This document shows, in pieces, positions 27,121 through 36,302 of a stretch of 64,000 nt of DNA; position 1 is the first letter of the stretch, and each line of letters opens with the position of its first letter. Source of the stretch: Chitinophagales bacterium (GTDB lineage: Bacteria; Bacteroidota; Bacteroidia; Chitinophagales; JADIYW01); assembly GCA_965216955.1 (NCBI GenBank), contig CBDCGV010000017.1, forward strand, positions 12,764-76,763, given 5' to 3'. The position numbers and the translations under genes were made by a program. The notes below the pieces were generated by a model. The model was not told the origin of the DNA, did not search any database, and saw nothing but the letters and a program-made list of their open reading frames with translations.

Positions 27121-29478
27121 GTGAGATTTTTTAACGGCTTATTTAAGTCCATTTTTATAATTTGTTTTTTGATATTTCAATCAAAAATAGTCCACTCAAA
27201 TCACCTGGCTGGAGGTGAAATCATTCTTGAATGTAATGGAAATGGCCAATTTAATATGACGTTATATCAATACAGAGATTGTAATGATGGAGGACTTATA
27301 GAAGGAAATAATGACTTGTCATCAATTATATTAATAGTAGACTTAGACAACCCAAGTGGCAATTATGACAAATATGAATTCGATAAAATTGAAGAAAAAG
27401 AAATACCTCCAAATGATTTAGGGCCCTGTTTAGACAATAACAATCCTGTTTGTATAAATAGAGCAACTTTTTCAGGAATAATCAATTTACCACAAAATAT
27501 AAATGGGTATAAAATTATAAATCAAAGATGCTGTAGAAACAATGGAATATCTAACATCAACGATCCCAGCAGTGTGGGTTCAACCTATCAGCTGTTTGTT
27601 TCTCAAAATTTAGTTCGGGATTGTAATTTTGGAAATACTCCCTTGTCTTTAAAATTTAATCAATTCCCTTCTATTCAATTATGCGCTTTGTCAACTTTAG
27701 AAATTGATCATTCAGCAACCATGTCTTTTTCTGACACTATCAACTATAGCATATGTACACCATTTAATGGTGGCTCCCCTGATGAGCCTGCACCTACAGA
27801 ATTGTTGCCTTATTCAAAGATCAATTATGACAATGGCTTTAGTGAGTTCAGCCCTTTAGGAATAACCTCTACTATCAGTATCGATAGTAGCGGTAAATTG
27901 AGCGTCAACCCTGAAAGAGAAGGTCGTTATATGGTAGGTATTTGCGCAGAAGCCTACAAAAATGGAAGCCTATATGGGTCTATTCAAAGAGATTTTCAAT
28001 TCAACGTTTATTTTTGTGAAGGCCCCACCGCTCAAACGGATGCTCCATCTTATAAAAACTGTATAGACTCTACCATTACATTTAAAAGCTTGAGTGTCGC
28101 CAACAATTACTTTTGGGATTTTGGAGTGGCTTCTATTTCTACAGACACTTCATTTTCTAAAGAAGTTTCATTTACCTATCCAGATAGCGGCACCTATTAT
28201 GTAAAACACTTTATAAATGTTGGCGAGCAATGTGAGGATTCTGTTGAAGTCCCTGTTTTTATCTACCCAACATTAGGTGCAGATTTTAATGTAGTTGAAA
28301 CATGTATCTATGATTCTACTATTTTTAATGATGCCTCCTTTTCAAGCTATAATGATATTATACAATGGAGCTGGGATTTAGGAAATGGAAACACGGCATT
28401 TGAAGCCAATCCAAAAGCTCTTTTTACTATCGAAGGATTTTATGATGTAACGTTAGCTATTACTACCAAAAAAGGGTGTCAAGATACTATTCAAAAAGAG
28501 ATTGAAGCATATCCCATACCTACTGCTGACTTTAATAACAATGACGCCTGTTTAAATATAAACTACACTTTTGAAAACTTAAGTAATGTCCCTGATGGTA
28601 TTCAACAACAATTTTGGCAAATTAACAACTCCCCCATTTCTTCTGATGAAAACCCCAACTACATTTTTAATTCAATAGACACTTTTCTAACAACACTTAT
28701 TGTCCAGTCTAATAATAACTGTTTTGATACTATCTCTAAATCAATCATTGTTAGGCCTCCTATAAAAAGTGATTTCATCACTTCAAGCGACACTATTTGC
28801 TCCTCACAAATTGCTTCATTTATTAATAATTCAAGCGGATACTTAGCAAGGTCAGAATGGCTATTTGGTGATGGAACCTCGAGTAATCTTTTTGAACCAG
28901 TTCATGTTTATAGTGTAGCTGGAAATTATCAGGTCCAACTGAATTCATATAGTGCTGTTTGTCCAGCTGATTCTATCAAAAAAATTATAACCGTGAAACC
29001 AACACCCGATGCTTCTCTTGGTAACAATAGAGACCTTTGTGATGGGACTGTTGAATACATTAAAGTAAATAATCGAAACAATGGAAATGTCCTTTGGTCA
29101 ACTGGAGCAACCACAGATTCTATCCCAATAACTAATCAATTAACAAGGCTAAATGTAAGAATTGAAAAAGATGGATGCACAAATAGTGACTTTATATATA
29201 TTAGTAATAAGTGTGATGTATATATACCAACAGCATTTGCCCCAGATGGTGTAAATAATACTTTCAATGTGATCGATGAAAATATTAAAGATTATACGTT
29301 AAGTATTTTTGATAAATGGGGAGAATGCATTTTTTCGACTAATAGCTTTGACGTATCTTGGGATGGAACATATAGAAATAAACCTATGACAATGGATAAA
29401 TATATATATGCTGTTGAAGGGCATAAAGAGGATGGCACCTATTTTAAACTGAGAGGCTCTTTAGTTTTATTACGTTAA
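27121..29478 (+). CDS. secreted multi-PKD-domain protein with T9SS type B (gliding motility-associated) C-terminal sorting domain
   Basis: 785 aa with a GTG start and a signal peptide. At least three PKD-like repeats (WDFG..., WSWDLGNGNT..., WLFGDGTSS...). The C-terminus (YIPTAFAPDGVNNTFNV...WDGTYRNKPM...GSLVLLR) is typical of the type B CTD. Confidence 0.75.
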   Translation: MRFFNGLFKSIFIICFLIFQSKIVHSNHLAGGEIILECNGNGQFNMTLYQYRDCNDGGLIEGNNDLSSIILIVDLDNPSGNYDKYEFDKIEEKEIPPNDLGPCLDNNNPVCINRATFSGIINLPQNINGYKIINQRCCRNNGISNINDPSSVGSTYQLFVSQNLVRDCNFGNTPLSLKFNQFPSIQLCALSTLEIDHSATMSFSDTINYSICTPFNGGSPDEPAPTELLPYSKINYDNGFSEFSPLGITSTISIDSSGKLSVNPEREGRYMVGICAEAYKNGSLYGSIQRDFQFNVYFCEGPTAQTDAPSYKNCIDSTITFKSLSVANNYFWDFGVASISTDTSFSKEVSFTYPDSGTYYVKHFINVGEQCEDSVEVPVFIYPTLGADFNVVETCIYDSTIFNDASFSSYNDIIQWSWDLGNGNTAFEANPKALFTIEGFYDVTLAITTKKGCQDTIQKEIEAYPIPTADFNNNDACLNINYTFENLSNVPDGIQQQFWQINNSPISSDENPNYIFNSIDTFLTTLIVQSNNNCFDTISKSIIVRPPIKSDFITSSDTICSSQIASFINNSSGYLARSEWLFGDGTSSNLFEPVHVYSVAGNYQVQLNSYSAVCPADSIKKIITVKPTPDASLGNNRDLCDGTVEYIKVNNRNNGNVLWSTGATTDSIPITNQLTRLNVRIEKDGCTNSDFIYISNKCDVYIPTAFAPDGVNNTFNVIDENIKDYTLSIFDKWGECIFSTNSFDVSWDGTYRNKPMTMDKYIYAVEGHKEDGTYFKLRGSLVLLR

Positions 29479-29595
29479 ATCACGCCACCATGAACGCAAA
29501 CGTTAATTTAACTATAATAAATTCGATTAATTTTTACAAACAGATAAAAGTTTTTAAATTTATAGTACAATTTTTCATATAAAAAAAAATATAAA

Positions 29596-30618
29596 ATGAC
29601 AAGAGTAAAATTGGAGTACATTTGGTTAGATGGGTACTCTACACAAAACTTGAGAAGTAAAACAAAAGTTGAAGTACACGACAATTTTAAAGGAACTATA
29701 GAGGAATTAGACAATTGGTCATTTGACGGTAGTTCTACTCAACAAGCTGAAGGAGGTTCTTCTGACTGTATTTTGAAACCAGTAAGCATTTATAAAGATC
29801 CTCATAGAAAAAATGGTTGGTTAGTAATGTGTGAAGTACTGAATCCAGATGGCACACCACATGAATCAAACGGAAGGGCTACGATTGAAGATAATGATAA
29901 TGACTTCTGGTTTGGGTTTGAGCAAGAGTACTTTATTATGGATAGAGACACTCAATTACCTTTAGGATTCCCTCCAGGCGGATACCCAGGACCTCAAGGA
30001 TTGTATTATTGTTCTGTTGGTGGCAGAAATACATGGGGAAGAGACTTAGTAGAAGAGCATGCTGATGCATGTATCGATATGGGCTTGAATTTTGAAGGTA
30101 TTAATCAAGAAGTGGCAGCAGGTCAGTGGGAATTTCAAATTTTTGCTAAAGGTGCTAAAGAGGCTGGCGATCAAATTTGGATTGCGAGATATATTCTTCA
30201 AAGATTAACAGAAAAGCATGGTTATTATATTGAGTTTCATCCTAAACCAATTAAAGGAGATTGGAACGGATCAGGTATGCATGCCAATTTTTCAAATTCT
30301 GTATTAAGAGAATGTGGTGATGAGGCTACTTACAACAAAATTTGTGAAGCGTTTGGTGCTTCTCAAGAAGTAATAGATGCTCATATTGCTGTTTACGGTG
30401 AAGATAATGACATGCGTTTGACAGGTCATCATGAAACACAATCCATAGATAAATTCAGTTATGGAATTTCTGATAGAGGTGCTTCTATTCGTATTCCAAT
30501 TGCAACTGTTGAAAGAGGATGGAAAGGATGGTTAGAAGACAGAAGACCTGCTTCTAATGGTGATCCATACAAAATTGCAGCAAGAATCATTAAAACAGTT
30601 AAGACTGCAGATGTTTAA
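29596..30618 (+). CDS. glnII: glutamine synthetase, type II (eukaryote-like)
   Basis: 340 aa; the N-terminus KLEYIWLDG and the motifs FEQEYF, NGSGMHANFS and RGASIRIP are typical of GSII. Confidence 0.9.
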   Translation: MTRVKLEYIWLDGYSTQNLRSKTKVEVHDNFKGTIEELDNWSFDGSSTQQAEGGSSDCILKPVSIYKDPHRKNGWLVMCEVLNPDGTPHESNGRATIEDNDNDFWFGFEQEYFIMDRDTQLPLGFPPGGYPGPQGLYYCSVGGRNTWGRDLVEEHADACIDMGLNFEGINQEVAAGQWEFQIFAKGAKEAGDQIWIARYILQRLTEKHGYYIEFHPKPIKGDWNGSGMHANFSNSVLRECGDEATYNKICEAFGASQEVIDAHIAVYGEDNDMRLTGHHETQSIDKFSYGISDRGASIRIPIATVERGWKGWLEDRRPASNGDPYKIAARIIKTVKTADV

Positions 30619-30635
30619 ATAAGCATTGTAATTTA

Positions 30636-30683
30636 ATAGAATAAAAAAAGCCGTTGTAATTACAACGGCTTTTTTTATTCTAT
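30636..30683. terminator. bidirectional rho-independent terminator (perfect 48-bp palindrome) between convergent glnII and gmhA
   Basis: ATAGAATAAAAAAAGCCGTTGTAA/TTACAACGGCTTTTTTTATTCTAT. GC core stem flanked by A7 and T7. Confidence 0.8.
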
Positions 30684-30702
30684 ATACTATACTCGTAAAC
30701 GA

Positions 30703-31317
30703 TTAGTTAATTCTCTCTTCATAGACCTTTCCATAATTGGGACCATTCTCGCCGTGTAACTCCTTTATTAATGCTTGTTTTACCATATGTAAAACCACCA
30801 TATGCACATCTTCAGTTACCTCCATATCCATAACTTTAGCATGGACAACTATGTCCGACATTTGGCCAATTTTTCCACCTTTAAATCCACACATTGCCAC
30901 CGTTTTAACTCCCTGCTCTTTGGCATATTCCATTGCTTTAACAACGTTTTTAGAGTTGCCGCTTCCCGAAATACCAATTACTAAATCATCTTTAGATAGA
31001 AAGTTTTTCAATTGCTCAACAAAGACATCCTCCCAACCTATATCATTAGCAATCGCAGCAAGCCCTGAATAGTTGTCATTTAAACAAATCATTTTGAAAC
31101 GCTTTTCCAAACCATAGCTTGCTCCTTTTAAAAAGTCGCCACTCATATGTGAAGCAGTTCCTCCACTTCCCCCATTTCCAAATATATAAATAACACCATT
31201 TTTATTATAAGTGTTAAGCATTTCATTTTTTAACTGCTCCAACACCTCTAAATCAATGTTATCACAAGTAGATTTTAATAACTTTAGATACGCCCTAAAC
31301 TGATCAATTGATACCAT
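30703..31317 (-). CDS. gmhA: SIS-domain D-sedoheptulose-7-phosphate isomerase
   Basis: 204 aa SIS domain (IFGNGGSGGTASHMSGDF, GISGSGNSKNV). Last gene of the heptose operon. Confidence 0.75.
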   Translation of the reverse strand: MVSIDQFRAYLKLLKSTCDNIDLEVLEQLKNEMLNTYNKNGVIYIFGNGGSGGTASHMSGDFLKGASYGLEKRFKMICLNDNYSGLAAIANDIGWEDVFVEQLKNFLSKDDLVIGISGSGNSKNVVKAMEYAKEQGVKTVAMCGFKGGKIGQMSDIVVHAKVMDMEVTEDVHMVVLHMVKQALIKELHGENGPNYGKVYEERIN

Positions 31318-32287
31318 AATGTATTAATTTTGAACCTTCATTATCAAATTTAAACTCGAAATGGCGAACTTTCTTTAACGCATCTTTAAGGATTGGCTGC
31401 TTTTCCTTTTCACAATAAAAAAGCAAAAAACCACCTCCTCCAGCACCCAAAAGCTTTCCACCAGTTGCTCCATTTTTCAATCCTCTTTCGTACAATTCAT
31501 TAATTAACGGATTTGTGACTCCTGAAGCCAATTGCTTTTTTAATAACCAATTTTCATGTAAGAGTTTTCCAAAGTCCTCTAACGCATCTTTATATAATGC
31601 TTCTTTCAATTCATCTACCAAAGCAACCATATTTTTTAGCGCATTAAACTTATCTGTCGCATTAGTATTTTTTTTCTGTTCTTCCAAAATACTCGAAGCC
31701 TTACGCTGATTACCAATATAGAACATCATCAAGTTATCTTCAAGCCTTTGCAACGTTTCCATTTTTAAGTGCAATGGCTCTACCTGAACACTACCGTTTT
31801 CTAAAAATCGAATGATGTTCAATCCTCCATAAGCGGCAGCATATTGATCTTGTTTGCCAATTGGTTCCTTAAGAATATTTATTTCTACATTACACGCCTC
31901 TGCTGCCAATTTTTCTTTAGTGACCAACTTCCCTTTTGCAGCATATAAATTATGCAAAACACCTACTGTAAAGGAAGAAGATGACCCCATGCCAGTTCCT
32001 GATGGAACATCCGCAATAGAGCTTACTTCAATGCCTCCACTGATTTGCATATGCTTGAAAACCGTTTTTAAAATAGGATGATCTAAATCACTAATTCCAT
32101 CAACTGTTTCTGTTTTCGAATATTTAACACGGATCTTCTCCTCTTCAAAAAACTGGTGAGAAGAAATGTACATATACTTGTTTATTGTTGTACTTAATAC
32201 AGCTCCAGGGCTTCTACTATAAAAGGCCTCTAAATCAGATCCTCCTCCTACAAAACTTATTCTAAATGGTGTTCTCGTTATAATCAT
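31304..32287 (-). CDS. hddA: GHMP-family sugar kinase, D-glycero-alpha-D-manno-heptose-7-phosphate kinase type
   Basis: 327 aa; N-terminus TRTPFRISFVGGGSDL and GHMP motif PSGTGMGSSSS. Overlaps both neighbours (4 and 14 nt). Confidence 0.75.
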   Translation of the reverse strand: MIITRTPFRISFVGGGSDLEAFYSRSPGAVLSTTINKYMYISSHQFFEEEKIRVKYSKTETVDGISDLDHPILKTVFKHMQISGGIEVSSIADVPSGTGMGSSSSFTVGVLHNLYAAKGKLVTKEKLAAEACNVEINILKEPIGKQDQYAAAYGGLNIIRFLENGSVQVEPLHLKMETLQRLEDNLMMFYIGNQRKASSILEEQKKNTNATDKFNALKNMVALVDELKEALYKDALEDFGKLLHENWLLKKQLASGVTNPLINELYERGLKNGATGGKLLGAGGGGFLLFYCEKEKQPILKDALKKVRHFEFKFDNEGSKLIHYGIN

Positions 32288-34176
32288 AATATCAATGGAT
32301 CAATCACAATATCTGCAAATTGCGCGGTTTCTTCAATTATATCATATTCGTCTTTCTTTCTTGATTGATAAATATGTTCTATTTCTTCCTCCTCTTTACC
32401 TTTCCACTTATAAAAATCAAAAATACGTGCCTTGTGATCAATCTTTTTTGAATTAATATAAATGCTAAAATCACTATAATTTCTCAACGATTCTATTCCC
32501 AATGCTACAACTCCTTCCAAGATGATAATTCTAGCATTTTCAAAATTGTAGGTTATAGGTCCTGTTTGCTGATATTTTATTGGTGTATAGGGAGCTTCTA
32601 TACTTACTTTCTTCTTGGTGAAAAGTTCAGATATCGCCTCTTCTAAAAGGTTAAACTGAAACCGACCATACACATCATCGTTTTCCTCACGACTGGACTT
32701 AGGCTTTATCCAATTATCCAATGAAACTATCAGCGTTTCAGCACCCATCTCCTCCAAGCTCTTTTTCAAGTACATCGCTAACGTACTTTTCCCTGTTCTG
32801 CTATTTCCTCCGATGTTGATTACAAAAGGAGCTTCAGTCTTTCTTTTATTCTCAAATTTCTTTTTTACCTGAACAAAAGCATCTCTAAATGGATCATCCA
32901 TAATAAAACTAACCGCTTCTAAAACATTCGCGAAAAGGTAATCAGGATTAACTCTTCCTGAACGATTGCCCATGCCTGTCATCACACCAATTGTTGTTAC
33001 TCCAACAGCCTTCCCTGCTCCCATATCTCTCCATGAGTCTCCTATTATATATGAAGATTGAAGGTCTATATTAAAAGCCTCCTCTGCCCTCAACAGCATT
33101 CCAGGTGCAGGTTTTCTACAGTCACAATCTACTTTATATGCTTTATTTTCTTCGGGAAATCCTTTGTCAGGATGATGAGGACAATAATAAATAGCATCTA
33201 ACTTCACTCTCTGCTCTCCTAATTCGGTTTCCATTTTATTATGAATTTCCTTCAACCCTGCTATAGAAGTCATATTTCTGGCAATAATTGGCTGATTGGT
33301 CACAACAATTGCCAGAAAATCAGATCGATTAATTTTTTTAACTGCTTCAACCGTATAAGAAAAGAGTGTTAACTGTTCAGGCTTAAATATGTAATCGTTA
33401 TGTTTGTTAATCACGCCATCTCTATCTAAAAAAATAGCTTTTCGTTTATTTTTTAAATTAAACCGCTCTACTTTTCCCGATTCCCAATCACCTTCTACTC
33501 TTGCCAATCTATCAGGAGTACCCATATCCTTAAGGTATTCAGGAGTATTGTAACCGAACATTTTTATTTTATCATAAAGTACCGGAAAGATATCCTTTCC
33601 AAAATCTGCCTTTACATTTTCTTTTAAAAAAGGAAAAACTGCTGGAGAGAATAAATAAAGGCCAGCATTTACCATATTTGAATAATACTTTCCTGATTCG
33701 TGAGGTTTTGAATGAAATGCTGAAATCCTACCATCCTCCTCCATTTCTACTAAATCACTATCATAAGGATGATCATTAGGATGCAAAACTAATGTAGCTT
33801 CACTTTTCTTGTCTTTATGAAATTTAATCAATCTCGCTAAATCCATGTTAACCATTACATCTCCATAAAAGACAAGAAAATCATCATTTAATTGAGACTG
33901 AATAGCTTTAATTCCACCAACTGTTCCAAGTGGTTCTTCTTCGACATAATATTTTATAGAAATGCCATAAGCTTTCCCATCTCCAAAATGAGCTTTTATA
34001 GTTTCGAATAGATGATTTACAATTAGAAAAACTTCTGTTATGCCATATTCTTTAATTAATTCGATTTGATATTCTAATAAGGGTTTCCCTTTTATCGGCA
34101 TCATTGGCTTTGGAATGGTTTTAGTTTTATCTCCGAGCCTTGTCCCCTTACCCCCTGCTAATATTACGGCTTTCAA
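32284..34176 (-). CDS. three-domain fusion: sugar-1-phosphate nucleotidyltransferase (HddC-like) + HAD heptose-1,7-bisphosphate phosphatase (GmhB-like) + uridine-kinase/PRK-like P-loop domain
   Basis: 630 aa. N-terminal ILAGGKGTRLG...KPMMPI. Middle FLDRDGVIN...CPHHP...CDCRKPAPGM...GDSWRD (GmhB with Zn-Cys motif). C-terminal IGGNSRTGKSTLA...SLDNW...IILEG (Walker A, UDK/PRK-like). Confidence 0.75.
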   Translation of the reverse strand: MKAVILAGGKGTRLGDKTKTIPKPMMPIKGKPLLEYQIELIKEYGITEVFLIVNHLFETIKAHFGDGKAYGISIKYYVEEEPLGTVGGIKAIQSQLNDDFLVFYGDVMVNMDLARLIKFHKDKKSEATLVLHPNDHPYDSDLVEMEEDGRISAFHSKPHESGKYYSNMVNAGLYLFSPAVFPFLKENVKADFGKDIFPVLYDKIKMFGYNTPEYLKDMGTPDRLARVEGDWESGKVERFNLKNKRKAIFLDRDGVINKHNDYIFKPEQLTLFSYTVEAVKKINRSDFLAIVVTNQPIIARNMTSIAGLKEIHNKMETELGEQRVKLDAIYYCPHHPDKGFPEENKAYKVDCDCRKPAPGMLLRAEEAFNIDLQSSYIIGDSWRDMGAGKAVGVTTIGVMTGMGNRSGRVNPDYLFANVLEAVSFIMDDPFRDAFVQVKKKFENKRKTEAPFVINIGGNSRTGKSTLAMYLKKSLEEMGAETLIVSLDNWIKPKSSREENDDVYGRFQFNLLEEAISELFTKKKVSIEAPYTPIKYQQTGPITYNFENARIIILEGVVALGIESLRNYSDFSIYINSKKIDHKARIFDFYKWKGKEEEEIEHIYQSRKKDEYDIIEETAQFADIVIDPLIL

Positions 34177-34302
34177 ATATCGATTTTGAGCTAAAATAAT
34201 GCTTTAATTGAGGTAAATCAGTTTTTAACGCTTATTAAGTGTTAATATTATGCAATTGTGGAAAATAATTTTTATATTGGATCAATTATAGTGTAGATAA
34301 GT

Positions 34303-34644
34303 GTGTCTATGATCAAGAATTTGACGATTTTACTTTTTGTATGTGCCCTGAGTATCAGCGTTTTCGCTCAAGGGGATCGTCTTATTTCTCAAGATATTGT
34401 TAAAATATACCCTAACCCATTAAAAAGTGAATCAATCATAAAAATTGATCCTTCTGTTGAAGTTGAAAAAAATAACATCAGCATTCATTTTTATAATTTA
34501 ATTGGAGCTGAAGTGCACAGAATTGAAAGTGTTCAAGCTACCGAAGTCAGAATTGATAAATTCAATTTTGAAAACGGCGTATACCTTTATCAACTAAAAT
34601 CTAATAGTAAAATCCTTTCTACTGGAAAACTAACGGTTAACTAA
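34303..34644 (+). CDS. small secreted protein consisting essentially of a signal peptide plus a T9SS type A C-terminal sorting domain
   Basis: 113 aa. Signal peptide ending SVFAQ, then IYPNPLKSESIIKI...NGVYLYQLKS...GKLTVN (Por secretion tail pattern). Start is GTG at 34303 or ATG at 34309. Confidence 0.65.
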   Translation: MSMIKNLTILLFVCALSISVFAQGDRLISQDIVKIYPNPLKSESIIKIDPSVEVEKNNISIHFYNLIGAEVHRIESVQATEVRIDKFNFENGVYLYQLKSNSKILSTGKLTVN

Positions 34645-34723
34645 CAACCTTATTCAAAATTTTCTTATTCATTTGTTATTAAGTTCTACTTAATAAAACC
34701 AATATAAAATTTAGCTTTATCAG

Positions 34724-35293
34724 TTGATGGATGATCCTACAACTATTATAGGTATAGATCCTGGAACTTTAGTTTCGGGTTATGCAGTAATTAAATCGAA
34801 CAAAAAAAAGATGGATTTAATTGCAATTGGCATCATTAAACTTGAAAAATATAAGACTCCACACAAAAAACTAACTGTTCTTTTTAATAAGGTATATGGC
34901 TTAATTAATCAATATGAGCCGAATCACTTTGCTATTGAAGCCCCATTTTATGCCAAAAACCCACAATCTTTATTAAAATTAGGGCGTGCACAAGGTGTTG
35001 CTATGGCTGCAACGATGACACGTAATCTGCCTGTAACTGAATATTCCCCAAAAAAAGTAAAACAAGCCATTACCGGCAATGGAAATGCTGCCAAAGAACA
35101 AGTTGCCGCTATGCTAAGACAAATATTTTCGAGCAGCCCTCACTTAAAAGAAGATTTGAAGTTAGATGCTACTGATGCTCTTGCAGTTGCTGTATGCCAC
35201 CATTTTTCATTAAGCAACCCCTTGGCAGGATTGGGCAAATCAAAGGATTGGGCAAGCTTTATAAAAAACAACCCTAATAGAATTAAGCGCTAA
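34724..35293 (+). CDS. ruvC: crossover junction endodeoxyribonuclease RuvC
   Basis: 189 aa; IIGIDPGTLVSGYAV and FAIEAPFYAKNPQS are typical of RuvC. Confidence 0.9.
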   Translation: MMDDPTTIIGIDPGTLVSGYAVIKSNKKKMDLIAIGIIKLEKYKTPHKKLTVLFNKVYGLINQYEPNHFAIEAPFYAKNPQSLLKLGRAQGVAMAATMTRNLPVTEYSPKKVKQAITGNGNAAKEQVAAMLRQIFSSSPHLKEDLKLDATDALAVAVCHHFSLSNPLAGLGKSKDWASFIKNNPNRIKR

Positions 35294-35681
35294 AATTATT
35301 ACTTATTTCTTGGGCAATTTCTTTAAAATCTTCTTGTGATAATTGAACTCTCGGATTAGAGAAATTTAAATCATGAACTCCATTAATTGGACATAAGTGC
35401 ACATGTACATGTGGCACCTCTAATCCTATTACTGCAATACCTATTCGCTCACATACAATTGTTTTTTCAATAGCTTGAGCTACCTTTTTAGCAAAGGTCA
35501 TTAAACCTAGGTATATAGAATCTTCAAGATCAAAAATATAATCGACCTCTTTTTTAGGAATTACCAAAGTATGCCCTTTCGAAAGTGGATTAATGTCTAA
35601 AAAAGCAAAGTAATCTTCATTCTCTGCAATTTTAAAACATGGAATTTCACCATTAATAATCTTAGTAAAAATAGATGACAT
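35283..35681 (-). CDS. HIT family protein
   Basis: 132 aa with histidine triad VPHVHVHL and N-terminus IFTKIINGEIP. Confidence 0.85.
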   Translation of the reverse strand: MSSIFTKIINGEIPCFKIAENEDYFAFLDINPLSKGHTLVIPKKEVDYIFDLEDSIYLGLMTFAKKVAQAIEKTIVCERIGIAVIGLEVPHVHVHLCPINGVHDLNFSNPRVQLSQEDFKEIAQEISNNFSA

Positions 35682-35720
35682 ACAATCGATAATTTAGTTT
35701 TCGAGTGCGAGGGATAAGAA

Positions 35721-36200
35721 CTAAAGAGAAATGTCTAGAATTTCTAAAGTCATCATACCCCCTGGTGTTTTAATGTCTACCTTATCACCAACCTTATTAC
35801 CCAATAAGGCTTCTCCAATAGGAGATTTTACAGAAATCTTCATTTCTTTAATATTAGACTCCTTTTCAGAAACCAATGTATACGTGAATTCTTTCTTTAA
35901 CTTATGATTTTTAACCTTAACCCTAGAAAGTATAGTCACTTTGGACGTATCTATTGAGTTTTTATCAATAATTCGAGCATTTGTTAAAACATCCTCTAAT
36001 TTTGATATTCTCATTTCAAGAAGCCCTTGAGCCTCTCTCGCGGCATCATACTCAGCATTTTCTGATAAATCTCCTTTTTCTCGAGCACGTGCTACTGCCT
36101 GTGATGCTTGTGGACGTTCTACCTTCATCAAGTGCTCATATTCTTTTTTGAGTTTTTCTAAACCCTCTTCTGTAAAATATTGTACCTCGCTCATAATCAA
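35721..36200 (-). CDS. greA: transcription elongation factor GreA
   Basis: 159 aa with a coiled-coil N-terminal domain (GDLSENAEYDAAREAQ) and the C-terminal FKBP-like domain. The true start is probably the ATG at 36194. Confidence 0.9.
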   Translation of the reverse strand: MIMSEVQYFTEEGLEKLKKEYEHLMKVERPQASQAVARAREKGDLSENAEYDAAREAQGLLEMRISKLEDVLTNARIIDKNSIDTSKVTILSRVKVKNHKLKKEFTYTLVSEKESNIKEMKISVKSPIGEALLGNKVGDKVDIKTPGGMMTLEILDISL

Positions 36201-36302
36201 TCATTTGCATGAATAAAAAAACAAAACACGCCCAGTTTGGAGCGTGCTTCTATATTCAAATATATATAATTATTTAAAAAATGACCTCTAAGGGGTGTTT
36301 TT

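Noticed and set aside
29490-29582. 30-codon Asn-containing mini-ORF (MNANVNLTIINSIN...) upstream of glnII, as a possible leader peptide
   Set aside because: It has no run of regulatory codons, no downstream terminator or antiterminator structure, and a composition expected from AT-rich sequence.
36213-36250. Possible terminator hairpin (CACGC...GCGTG plus T-run on the minus strand) between the dehydrogenase gene and greA
   Set aside because: The stem is only 5 bp and it lies too close to the greA start to leave room for a promoter. It is too weak to call.
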